From contig JAQGDQ010000315.1 in the NCBI GenBank assembly GCA_030141605.1, positions 1 to 64,000 on the forward strand: a DNA stretch of 64,000 nt, given 5' to 3'. This DNA is from Tubiluchus corallicola (taxonomy: Eukaryota > Animalia > Priapulida). Numbering within the stretch: the first letter of the stretch is position 1; each line of letters starts with the position of its first letter. Shown in pieces: positions 52,601 through 62,373 of this stretch. The position numbers and the translations under genes were made by a program. The notes under the pieces were generated by a model. It did not search any database and was not told where the DNA came from. It saw only the letters and a list, made by a program, of their open reading frames with translations.

Positions 52601-55600
52601 GCAGGTCCTGTCAGTGGATACTGGCTTGTAGATTGCAGGTCCTGTCAGTGGGTACTGGCTTGTAGTTTGTAGGTCCTGTCACTGGGTACTGGCTTGTAGA
52701 TTGCAGGTCCTGTCAGTGGGTACTGGCTTGTAGATTGTAGGTCCTGTCAGTGGGTACTGGCTTGTAGATTGCAGGTCCTGTCAGTGGGTACTGGCTTGTA
52801 GATTGCAGGTCCTGTCAGTGGGTACTGGTTTGTAGATTGTAGGTCCTGTCAGTGGGTACTGGCTTGTAGATTGTAGGTCCTGTTAGTGGGTACTGGCTTG
52901 TAGATTGTAGGTCCTGTCAGTGGGTACTGGCTTGTAGATTGTAGGTCCTGTTAGTGGGTACTGGCTTGTAGATTGCAGGTCCTGTCAGTGGGTACTGGCT
53001 TGTAGATTGCAGCTTCTCTCAGGGGGTACTGGCTTGTAGATTGTAGGTCCTGTCAGTGGGTACTGGCTTGTAGATTGCAGGTCCTGTTAGTGGGTACTGG
53101 CTTGTAGATTGCAGGTCCTGTTAGTGGGTACTGGCTTGTAGATTGCAGGTCCTGTTAGTGGGTACTGGCTTGTAGATTGCAGGTCCTGTCAGTGGGTACT
53201 GGCTTGTAGATTGTAGGTCCTGTCAGTGGGTACTGGCTTGTAGATTGTAGGTCCTGTCAGTGGGTACTGGCTTGTAGATTGTAGGTCCTGTCAGTGGGTA
53301 CTGGCTTGTAGATTGTAGGTCCTGTCAGTGGGTACTGGCTTGTAGATTGTAGGTCCTGTCAGTGGGTACTGGCTTGTAGATTGTAGGTCCTGTCAGTGGG
53401 TACTGGCTTGTAGATTGTAGGTCCTGTCAGTGGGTACTGGCTTGTAGATTGTAGGTCCTGTCAGTGGGTACTGGCTTGTAGATTGTAGGTCCTGTCAGTG
53501 GGTACTGGCTTGTAGATTGTAGGTCCTGTTAGTGGGTACTGGCTTGTAGATTGTAGGTCCTGTCAGTGGGTACTGGCTTGTAGATTGTAGGTCCTGTTAG
53601 TGGGTACTGGCTTGTAGATTGTAGGTCCTGTTAGTGGGTACTGGCTTGTAGATTGTAGGTCCTGTTAGTGGGTACTGGCTTGTAGATTGCAGGTCCTGTC
53701 AGTGGGCACTGGCTTGTAGATTGTAGGTCCTGTCAGTGGGTACTGGCTTGTAGATTGTAGGTCCTGTCAGTGGGTACTGGCTTGTAGATTGCAGGTCCTG
53801 TCAGTGGGTACTGGCTTGTAGATTGCAGGTCCTGTTAGTGGGTACTGGCTTGTAGATTGTAGGTCCTGTCAGTGGGTACTGGCTTGTAGATTGTAAGTCC
53901 TGTTAGTGGGTACTGGTTTGTAGATTGTAGGTCCTGTCAGTGGGTACTGGCTTGTAGTTTGTAGGTCCTGTCAGTGGGCACTGGCTTGTAGAGTGTAGGT
54001 CCTGTCAGTGGGTACTGGCTTGTAGATTGTAGGTCCTGTCAGTGGGCACTGGCTTGTAGATTGTAGGTCCTGTCAGTGGGTACTGGCTTGTAGACTGTAG
54101 GTCCTGTCAGTGGGCACTGGCTTGTAGATTGCAGGTCCTGTCAGTGGGTACTGGCTTGTAGATTGTAGGTCCTGTTAGTGGGTACTGGCTTGTAGATTGT
54201 AGGTCCTGTTAGTGGGCACTGGCTTGTAGATTGTAGGTTCTGTCAGTGGGTACTGGCTTGTAGATTGTAGGTCCTGTCAGTGGGTACTGGCTTGTAGATT
54301 GTAGGTCCTGTCAGTGGGTACTGGCTTGTAGATTGTAGGTCCTGTTAGTGGGTACTAGCTTGTAGATTGTAGGTCATGTCAGTGGGTACTGCCTTGTAGA
54401 TTGCAGGTCCTGTCAGTGGGTACTGGCTTGTAGTTTGTAGGTCCTGTTAGTGGGTACTGGCTTGTAGATTGCAGGTCCTGTTAGTGGGTACTGGCTTGTA
54501 GATTGCAGGTCCTGTCAGTGGGTACTGGCGTGTAGATTGTAGGTCCTGTCAGTGGGTACTGCCTTGTAGATTGTTGAATTGTATAAAAATATCTGTTAAA
54601 TTAAATGTACTTTAACGTCTGTCTGTGTATTAGAATTTTCCATGACTGTTAGTCAGTAATCTTACTCATTTTGTGCTGCTTAGGAAAGTAAGAGGTATGA
54701 AAGGTTTGGTGATTACTGAACAACCCAAGACCTTAACGCAAGATCAGAAATGGATACTTGATAGTAAACCAGACTATGTAAAAATGATGCAACAGTTGAA
54801 GTTAAATAGAGAAAAACTCAGCTTGCAGGTAAGTTCTTTAGCAAATACAACTTATCCAGAACTTGGAAATTATTCGGCTTCTTCAACATTCTTTGTAATC
54901 TACAAGTGTAGTTTTCACTAAGCTTTTTAATCCATGAGTAATGTATTCCGGCTTTTTGCCAAATTTTAGCGTTGTGTGAGCTGATCCTTACATTCTAAGT
55001 CTCAGTTATTATTATTTTATCTAATCAAATTGTATTAACAGTTCATGGATGACAGCCTAAGTTAAGTGACCCAGGGCTATTTGAAAGAATTTACTTGTTT
55101 CGATAATCCACTGACAAACAGCAAAGATGTTGTGCATCGTTTTTTAAAGCTTAATTTGTCTTTGACTATACTAGTGTATCTGGGCATTCTATACTTGTTT
55201 TTGGTCTGCTACAGTTCTTTGAAACTCCTATTTGCTCTAGTTTTAACAACTAGTTATATACATTATGTGCTAGATATTACTGCAAAGATTTGCTTTACTG
55301 TTGTTTAAATTAGTCTGAATGGCTGTAAAGATTTACTTGCATGGGCACCCAGTATCAGTGTTGGGTTAATTACTTTTAAAATGTAGTGTCATTTGAAAGT
55401 AGTGCCACTACAGTAGTCGCTACTTTTCGTTTTGCGGCCACTTTTACACTTCGTTGATATTGTATGTTGCAAAATGCAGGTGACACATTAAAAGACCCTG
55501 TTAACTGCAATAATGTATAAACACTAATTGCACCAAAATTGTTTCCAGGTTCTAAATACGCAGTTCATTTATGATTTAAACTGACATTTACAGGTCATTT

Positions 55601-57280
55601 ATACATAGTTGGCGTAATAATAAATTATACATTGCAATATTATTCATAGGACACTTTACTATTTTATGTCATGTGATAAACTACTGTTCAAACTTCAAAC
55701 ATGTTTATTTTTTTATAAAAATTGAATTTTTTAAGCAACATTGTTCACTTTTGGCAGAAAATGTTTTCCATAAGTAGACTCACAAATAACAATCATAGCA
55801 AGGCACCTGATGTGTTGAAGACTTTCTTAATTGTTTCATATTATTACAACTACAAGTACACAGTTGGCTAAACCTGTGGAAGTCTATGAAAACACAACTC
55901 ACTACACATAGATTAATTATCAACCCCAAGAATGAAATGTAGAGCTGTAGCGCTGTTACAGCACTACTTAAAAAAAGTAGTTTAATTACGATTTACTGAC
56001 ACTCATTTTAAAGTAGTGGTGCTGAGTAATGGCGATGAGATTTTTTAATAAGATTTAATTGTCGTGGTGTGAACAGTGCCGTTCTCTGGACATATTATCT
56101 TTAAATTTACCAAAAGAAGTGATCATTTAAATTTTTATAATCCATTTTTTACAGATTCTTCAGGTTGACCAGGTTGTAAACTTATTGTCAAAATTGCAAA
56201 ACAGAGTGAATGAAAAAGTTCTGGAATCCTTTCGAGAATACTGTAAGTTCCTGTGTATTCACGCTTCTAGATAATATTTAATTTTTCCCTGTAAAAGCTG
56301 TGCACAAGTGCCTAACTGTAGTCTGATATTTCAACTTATTAAATCATTAGTAAAATTTGCTGATTTTTAATGACCCTGTTGAGAAATATCTGCCTAAATA
56401 CAGTGAACTATGTATAACTCAAATTCTTGCATATCTCGAACAGATCTCATGGAATGGATTTTCCCTTTCATTTTTCCCTTTACCAAACATTGTGTAACTC
56501 AAAATCTGTGACCCAGTTTATAATTCAAACCGAATTCCCAGTTCAATTTATAAGAATCTAACTGAATTTACTTCACCTTTCTCGAACAGCCGCCCAAGCG
56601 AGAAATCCTACTTGAAAGTATGCACACATTACGACGTCAACTGCTGGTTTCAGAAAAATGCTAAGATTTCTTGTATTACCTTAGCAGAATGCTGAACACA
56701 ACATGGCTTAGCGAACTTGGTTTAATAACTAAATCACAATATTATTATTGCCGAATTCTATTAACCATGCTACTCACACTACAGTAGAGGTGGACCAGTC
56801 ATTTTATTTTTGATTACCGTATATACTTATGTACAAGTCGAATTTTTGGGAGGCGATTTTAAGTTGAAATTTTTGGGGTCGACTTATACTTACGATATGT
56901 CGCTAAAGAGTCATCTACAATACGAATATGTAAAGAAATAAAATATTCATCAAGACTGTTGTTAGATATTTGATTAAAGGCTCAGTTAGTCATTTTCATA
57001 GGCTATAGTGTATTGTCCGATGTTGATGAGCAACTCAATCTCAATCTGATCGTCTAGCTCGTATTTTTCCTTAACTCGAAGCAATTTTCAGGTCCCGAGG
57101 TGTACGAGTTGTACCTAGTTTACTGTAAATGAGAATATGCAAATTAATAAAACTTCTAATAATTTTTTTGTTTCAGATGATACGGCATTTAAAGATATCC
57201 GCTCTACTGACAGTAGACAGCTTATCATGAGCCTGTGCAATAGTGCTACATCTAGTTCAAGTTACAGTTCTCCAAATTAG
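40692..57280 (+). CDS. DSN1: Kinetochore protein DSN1/Mis13-like (MIS12 complex), about 341 aa
   Basis: There are 10 GT-AG exons with consistent phases, 1026 nt in total: 40692-40708, 41296-41554, 44094-44187, 45394-45437, 45931-45994, 47187-47265, 48675-48815, 54684-54828, 56164-56242 (or from 56155), 57177-57280. Motifs: the tandem basic Aurora-B-type segment KRRSTIGRGRRSF, LPNKQN, LKQESEKWDDLL, ILDSKPDYVKMM, and C-terminal RQLIMSL. Confidence 0.82.
41780..43325 (-). mobile_element. Decayed LINE 5' half (ORF1 and start of AP endonuclease) in DSN1 intron 2
   Basis: Frameshifted ORF1 pieces (42680-42982, 42452-42679, 41953-42495) end in MALKITTFNSRGF...IVFTQEHWL, an APE N-terminus, followed by SGVD...GRPFGG. 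No RT domain is present. Confidence 0.8.
44654..44752. repeat. (TTA)n imperfect microsatellite
   Basis: Directly visible. Confidence 0.9.
46093..46996. mobile_element. hAT-like MITE
   Basis: Ends CAGGGACGTT ... AACATCCCTG with subterminal ACCGAA repeats. No clear TSD. Confidence 0.55.
47660..48372 (-). mobile_element. Tigger-like MITE family C, copy 3 (degenerate)
   Basis: Right end CCCAAAGTGAGTCTGTTAAGTGGTGCCTACTG|TA matches the end of copy 2 (33059-33090). Confidence 0.7.
49899..50872 (+). mobile_element. Internally deleted pogo-family transposon retaining a Brinker-type DNA-binding N-terminus
   Basis: TA TSD and a 23-bp TIR CCGTATAT(G/A)CTCGCATATAAGCC. The ORF from 50471 reads MPGEKRKRMSYTADFKLKVIKAAEETSNLEAARKFGVDESNVRRWKK...YPEMEKEIFEWF (BrkDBD plus the start of a CENP-B HTH). 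No DDE domain is present. Confidence 0.92.
50070..50327. mobile_element. hAT MITE nested in the pogo element
   Basis: Perfect 13-bp TIR CAGTGGTGTATTG. The 8-bp TSD TGTGTCAC is at 50062-50069 and 50328-50335. Confidence 0.95.
50963..51696. mobile_element. Tigger-like MITE family B, copy 2
   Basis: TA|CAGTAAGTCCTCGCTTAACGAC ... TTAAGCGAGGACTTACTG; collinear with 15150-15795. Confidence 0.92.
51697..54573. repeat. 34-bp minisatellite, about 84 copies, in a DSN1 intron
   Basis: Unit GTCCTGTCAGTGGGTACTGGCTTGTAGATTGTAG. Confidence 0.98.
56401..57125. mobile_element. Tigger-like MITE in the last DSN1 intron (contains a pogo-type end fragment at about 56817)
   Basis: TA|CAGTGAACTATGTATAACTC ... 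GAGTTGTACCTAGTTTACTG|TA. Confidence 0.8.
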
Positions 57281-58947
57281 TCGATTAGCAATTCACTCAG
57301 AGTCTACATCATTCCAACTGCTGCACATGCAACAGAAGAAACAAATTATTACCCAGTGCACAAGTTTCGTATTAACATTAATATTACTATCCATGCCGAG
57401 TTGTACTTTATCTAAGTAGCACTTTTACAGTTTCTGAGCTTTTCTTATTTGTTCCTCTTATTAATTTTGATTATGATGATGATTTGATTATGACAAACAA
57501 AAAGGAAAGGAGGTGAGAGGAAAATACTGCAGGAAAAGTTTTGGAGAGGAAATTGGTAACATCTGTTAATTGAGATGCAGCCAAGGGAGGACACAAGTGT
57601 AAAAGTTAAAATGTGCCTCATATGATGTTCCTAATTTTTATTAAATTTTTGATAACAGTTTGCTGAATTTTTGTATGTACAAATGGCTTGTAATTATAAT
57701 TACTAATAAATTAGTTTATTTTTCTTTATTAAGTCTTTATTATTGGCAGCAGTTTGATATTGTTAGACTGGATTAACTGTGGATTGGAAACCAAGCCGGG
57801 GAAAAAATTTTACAATCGTGTGTTATTGGCGACAGTTTTGTTTTGCTTATTGTTGATATAATTATATGTGAATGTTATCAGTACTAAAATTCTGAAAGCA
57901 ACATTTGCCCATTTTTCCCAGTGTTCCCATTAATCTTTCTTATAGTATTTTTATTTTTTTAAGCTACTTTCCTAGAACATCGTGAATTGATTTGTCTCTT
58001 TTGTCCAGCAGAATTGGGTGACCAAGCTTATAAACCTTTTGCATCAAATTAGTGAATGATAATGGCAGAGTAGTTTCCGATGTTACGATGGAACGTTATA
58101 GGTCCAAATTTTTCTTAAAACGAAGTTTCTTGTCATGTTTTATGCAAGTACCTTGCTATCCGAATTGCTACTTTACTTAAAAACAGCAAATGGTCAAACG
58201 TTGAAAATTCATCAGTTCTTAATAATCTTTTAATAGCTCTGAAACTCCAAGAAAATTGTGCAACTTACAGTAAAAAATAACAATTTACATCAACAAACAT
58301 TTTTGTTCTTAAAATAATCCTCAAATTGGTACCTCAAAATATACCAACAAGTGAGTGAGCCTGTATTTTACAATCCATTACTTTACATGTTGTAAGATGA
58401 GGAATATTTTATTCAAACATTATATTATACAACTCTAACACATTTTACAAAAATCAAAAATCGTTGCTATAGGACACTACAAAAGCAAGCAACCAAGTCA
58501 ATCAGTAAGAACTAAAGAAAAGGTTAATGAGGGTCAAGCTAAAACAGATGCATTTCTTACCTCTCGCAAATGTAGAAGCTCCAAATTAATATTTTATTGA
58601 GCTTTGGTAACAACTTACAAAGTACAGTCTGATCGATTAATAAATAATTTACACATACCTTTTATTCTTGCTAGCCTCAGTAGTACAGAAAATTAAAGCT
58701 GATCCGAGACGTGAAAATGCTATGGCGCTTACGCTACTTGGGACTGTTCAGAAAATAATTGTACAAGTGTTACTACCTGCTTTGAAATATAACTCAGCGA
58801 CAAACATAGATACAAATATCGATTTTATGATTTTAGGAAACGAGGATAAGCAACAAAATCTAAAATAAAATTTAGGGGAAGCCTCGAATTTCGTAACATT
58901 TGTCCTTCATCACTGGCTCAGTTGACACAAATTTCATTCATTTCACT
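56501..58947 (+). repeat. Segmental duplication, copy 1 (visible matched part)
   Basis: Collinear with 60644-64000 from AAAATCTGTGACCCAG to CTCAGTTGACACAAATTTCATTCATTTCAC. Confidence 0.98.
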
Positions 58948-60146
58948 AGACCCTGAGGCTGGCTATTACAGCACATTTCAACTCTTATTGAAAAATGTGG
59001 GAGACGAAGTTGAAATTTCAGAGCACAAATCAAATATTTCAAAAATTACAAATACTGCAACATATCACAGACGCTACCATGATACTGATGATGATAGCCA
59101 ACAAAAAAACAACAAGCACAGCTGAATCATAAACATCTATTAACTTATCAATTAATACAGTAATAAAAAATTAATATTTGTGACTGATAGAAAATGATGT
59201 GACTGCTTTATAACCTCAATGATGTTAAATCCAAACTAAACTTCACAGAGAACACAACATTGCTCTAAAAACGTTATATTTACAAAATATCAACGGCAAT
59301 TTCATAATAAAAATCTTTCAGGCTCAAATATGAAACTAGTCGACAAGAGCGTGTTTTATCATCATTCTTGAGCCCACAGAATGTCAGAGGTAAATTTCAG
59401 GAATATCACAAGTGTGCTATCATGATAGCTTTAAAACTGATACACCCAAGTCATTATTTACACTGAATTATAAACAACACTTGTGTTAAATATAAAAATC
59501 AATGACAAAATAATGAATCAAAAAAGTCCTGCAATTAAAAACGAAAAACATGAAAACACCTTTAAACTACGACTGTAGTAAGTCTTCAGATGAATGAAAA
59601 AGGAGCAAAAAAATCACGTGAAATTACTAATAATTTTTTTTCAAGGAGTTTTTCATTTACATTATTAAACACACAAAGACATATTCTCAAAAGAAAGTAC
59701 CCAAAACCTTAACATTGATAATTCAATGTGATGTTTTGTCTTTCACCTGAAGGCAATCTACAATGGTACTTTGAAACGTTTGTGTTTTTCTTTTCTTCCT
59801 TGTTTTTTACTTGTGGAGTTTTTTATTTCACTGTCACTGTTGTTGTCATTAGAAATTAATACGTGAAATCAATGACAAATCATTACAGTTTGCCAGGTTT
59901 TCAAACAAGTAAACATGAAGAACAATTACAGGTATTATCTGTGGTCATTTCCTTCTTCAGCAAATAGAATTTGAAATACACAACACAGCCTGTTCTATGC
60001 AAAAACACAAAAATGGATGCTCAATTAATAATACCCACTAATTAGATAAAATCATAAATCTTGACAATAGATTGACGTCTGACTAGAAAAACCGGCAACT
60101 GCAAATGGTAAGCAGTTGTCTGTGTTAAGGAACGTGGTGCTACGTG

Positions 60147-60346
60147 TTAAAAAATATTACTGGTACGCTTAGGTCTGGGTTTGCTTTTGGGCATACTGTG
60201 GAACTCGTTAGAAGTTGTGCTCCCACGCATCTCTAGTATCTTTGATATTTTCTGGCAAATCATTTTAGCTGTTGGCATGTCAGTTTCAAAGTCAAGGTAT
60301 TTGAAATCATTTCCGCTCTTGTATGCTAATCGAAAACTGCTGCGAC
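60147..60346 (-). CDS. MAPKAP1: Last exon of TORC2 subunit SIN1/MAPKAP1 (C-terminal PH domain); possibly the distal duplicate
   Basis: An AG acceptor at 60347-60348 precedes RSSFRLAYKSGNDFKYLDFETDMPTAKMICQKISKILEMRGSTTSNEF...KRTSNIF*. This matches the recalled SIN1 C-terminus ([40 protein letters not shown]). Confidence 0.8.
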
Positions 60347-60765
60347 CTATTGAGTACAAAACCTATGTGAATGTTAAGCAAAAACATGTATTAGAGAAAA
60401 TAGTGTAGAATGTCGGCCTACAAAATACATTGGAAATTAGTCACCAGACCACAAGTTAATGCAGAGATGCATTTCAAATTCCAGTCATGAGATACAACAT
60501 GATACAAGTGAAGACATTTAATCTATTGCTTACTGAATCTCAAATCAAGTCTGACAAGGAGCAGGCAGATGAACAAAAAGGAGAGGTTGCCTTGAACATA
60601 ATTATACTTGCATTGCATTTATTGACTGATTATGCTCAGTGTAAAAATCTGTGACCCAGTTTATAATTCAAACCGAATTCCCAGTTCAATTTATAAGAAT
60701 CTAACTGAATTTACTTCACCTTTCTCGAACAGCCGCCCAAGCGAGAAATCCTACTTGAAAGTATG

Positions 60766-61711
60766 TGTTGGGAGCCGTTTGGACCACTGCGCCAAGTAGA
60801 CCGCGGTCTACATGGGCTAGCCCAAGTAGACCGCGGTCTACTTGGGCTGCCCAAGTAGGACACTAGAGACAGGTCGTGAATTCAGTCGTTAAGTGTACTG
60901 ACACCGTCCGTTGTGCTTGTTTATGTAATAATGATAATTAAAAACGTTAATACACGTTGAATAATTTATTATACATCTAATAAAATAAAAGAATTTTATT
61001 CTGAGCTGGTAGAACGGACAATATTAAATTTGGTTTCGATATTAATGTTGTTGAAGTGAAAAAACCCCACTTTTTTGCGAATTCAACATTTGTTTAAGGT
61101 ATATCATTTTTGATTTTGTCTCACTTCACAAACAGGTGATCCGTTTCACTACCTCTTGGGCAAATAATTGTTTTCTTATAAGTAAACGTTCTAGCGATCT
61201 ATGTGTCCTACATGGGCTAGCGAGCCATGTAGGACAGTGCCCTACATGTTACAATACTACTGATAATATTAAAACTAATTATCCTTGCTTTTCTTAAATG
61301 TTAAAAATTACTTTTTGGTGTTGTACCTTAGCATTGTAACTTAGCAGCATCTGTCTCATTTTTGTAATTATTTCTGTAATAACTGTGTGCAGAATTTCTC
61401 TCTTTAAAGCATTAGATACTAGGTTTAGTGTTATGATATATTAATGGAGTTAATCATAATGATGAAATTATTGTAAGAAATGCATTTGTAAATTGCCAAG
61501 GAATATCCATTTCTAAAAGAAATTTTGTTTTATGCTTTATTATGTCATAACAATACTTATAAACAATGGTAATATAAACTGGAAACAAGTTTTGCCAGAG
61601 CAAGTTTCTCGACAAAAATCGCTAGTGTCCTACTTGGGCTGCCCATGTAGGACACTACTTTTAGCGCATCAAGTGGTCTACTTGGCGCAGTGGTCCAAAC
61701 GGCTCCCAACA
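60766..61711. mobile_element. Young non-autonomous TIR element, TGT...ACA termini, 4-bp TSD (Ginger-like)
   Basis: Perfect 37-bp TIR TGTTGGGAGCCGTTTGGACCACTGCGCCAAGTAGACC and TSD TATG. The empty site GAAAGTATGCACAC is at about 56615-56628. Confidence 0.95.
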
Positions 61712-62269
61712 TATGCACACATTACGACGTCAACTGCTGGTTTCAGAAAAATGCTAAGATTTCTTGTATTACCTTAGCAGAATGCTGAACACAACATGGC
61801 TTAGCGAACTTGGTTTAATAACTAAATCACAATATTATTATTGCCGAATTCTATTAACCATGCTACTCACACTACAGTAGAGGTGGACCAGTCATTTTAT
61901 TTTTGATTACCGTATATACTTATGTACAAGTCGAATTTTTGGGAGGCGATTTTAAGTTGAAATTTTTGGGGTCGACTTATACTTACGATATGTCGCTAAA
62001 GAGTCATCTACAATACGAATATGTAAAGAAATAAAATATTCATCAAGACTGTTGTTAGATATTTGATTAAAGGCTCAGTTAGTCATTTTCATAGGCTATA
62101 GTGTATTGTCCGATGTTGATGAGCAACTCAATCTCAATCTTATCGTCTAGCTCGTATTTTTCCTTAACTCGAAGCAATTTTCAGGTCCCGAGGTGTACGA
62201 GTTGTACCTAGTTTACTGTAAATGAGAATATGCAAATTAATAAAACTTCTAATAATTTTTTTGTTTCAG

Positions 62270-62373
62270 ATGATACAGCATTTAAAGATATCCGCTCTAC
62301 TGACAGTAGACAGCTTATCATGAGCCTGTGCAATAGCGCTACATCTAGTTCAAGTTACAGTTCTCCAAATTAG
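62270..62373 (+). CDS. Duplicate of the DSN1 last exon (intact acceptor, ORF and stop)
   Basis: Identical to 57177-57280 except for two synonymous changes (ACG>ACA, AGT>AGC). Whether it is spliced is unknown. Confidence 0.55.
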
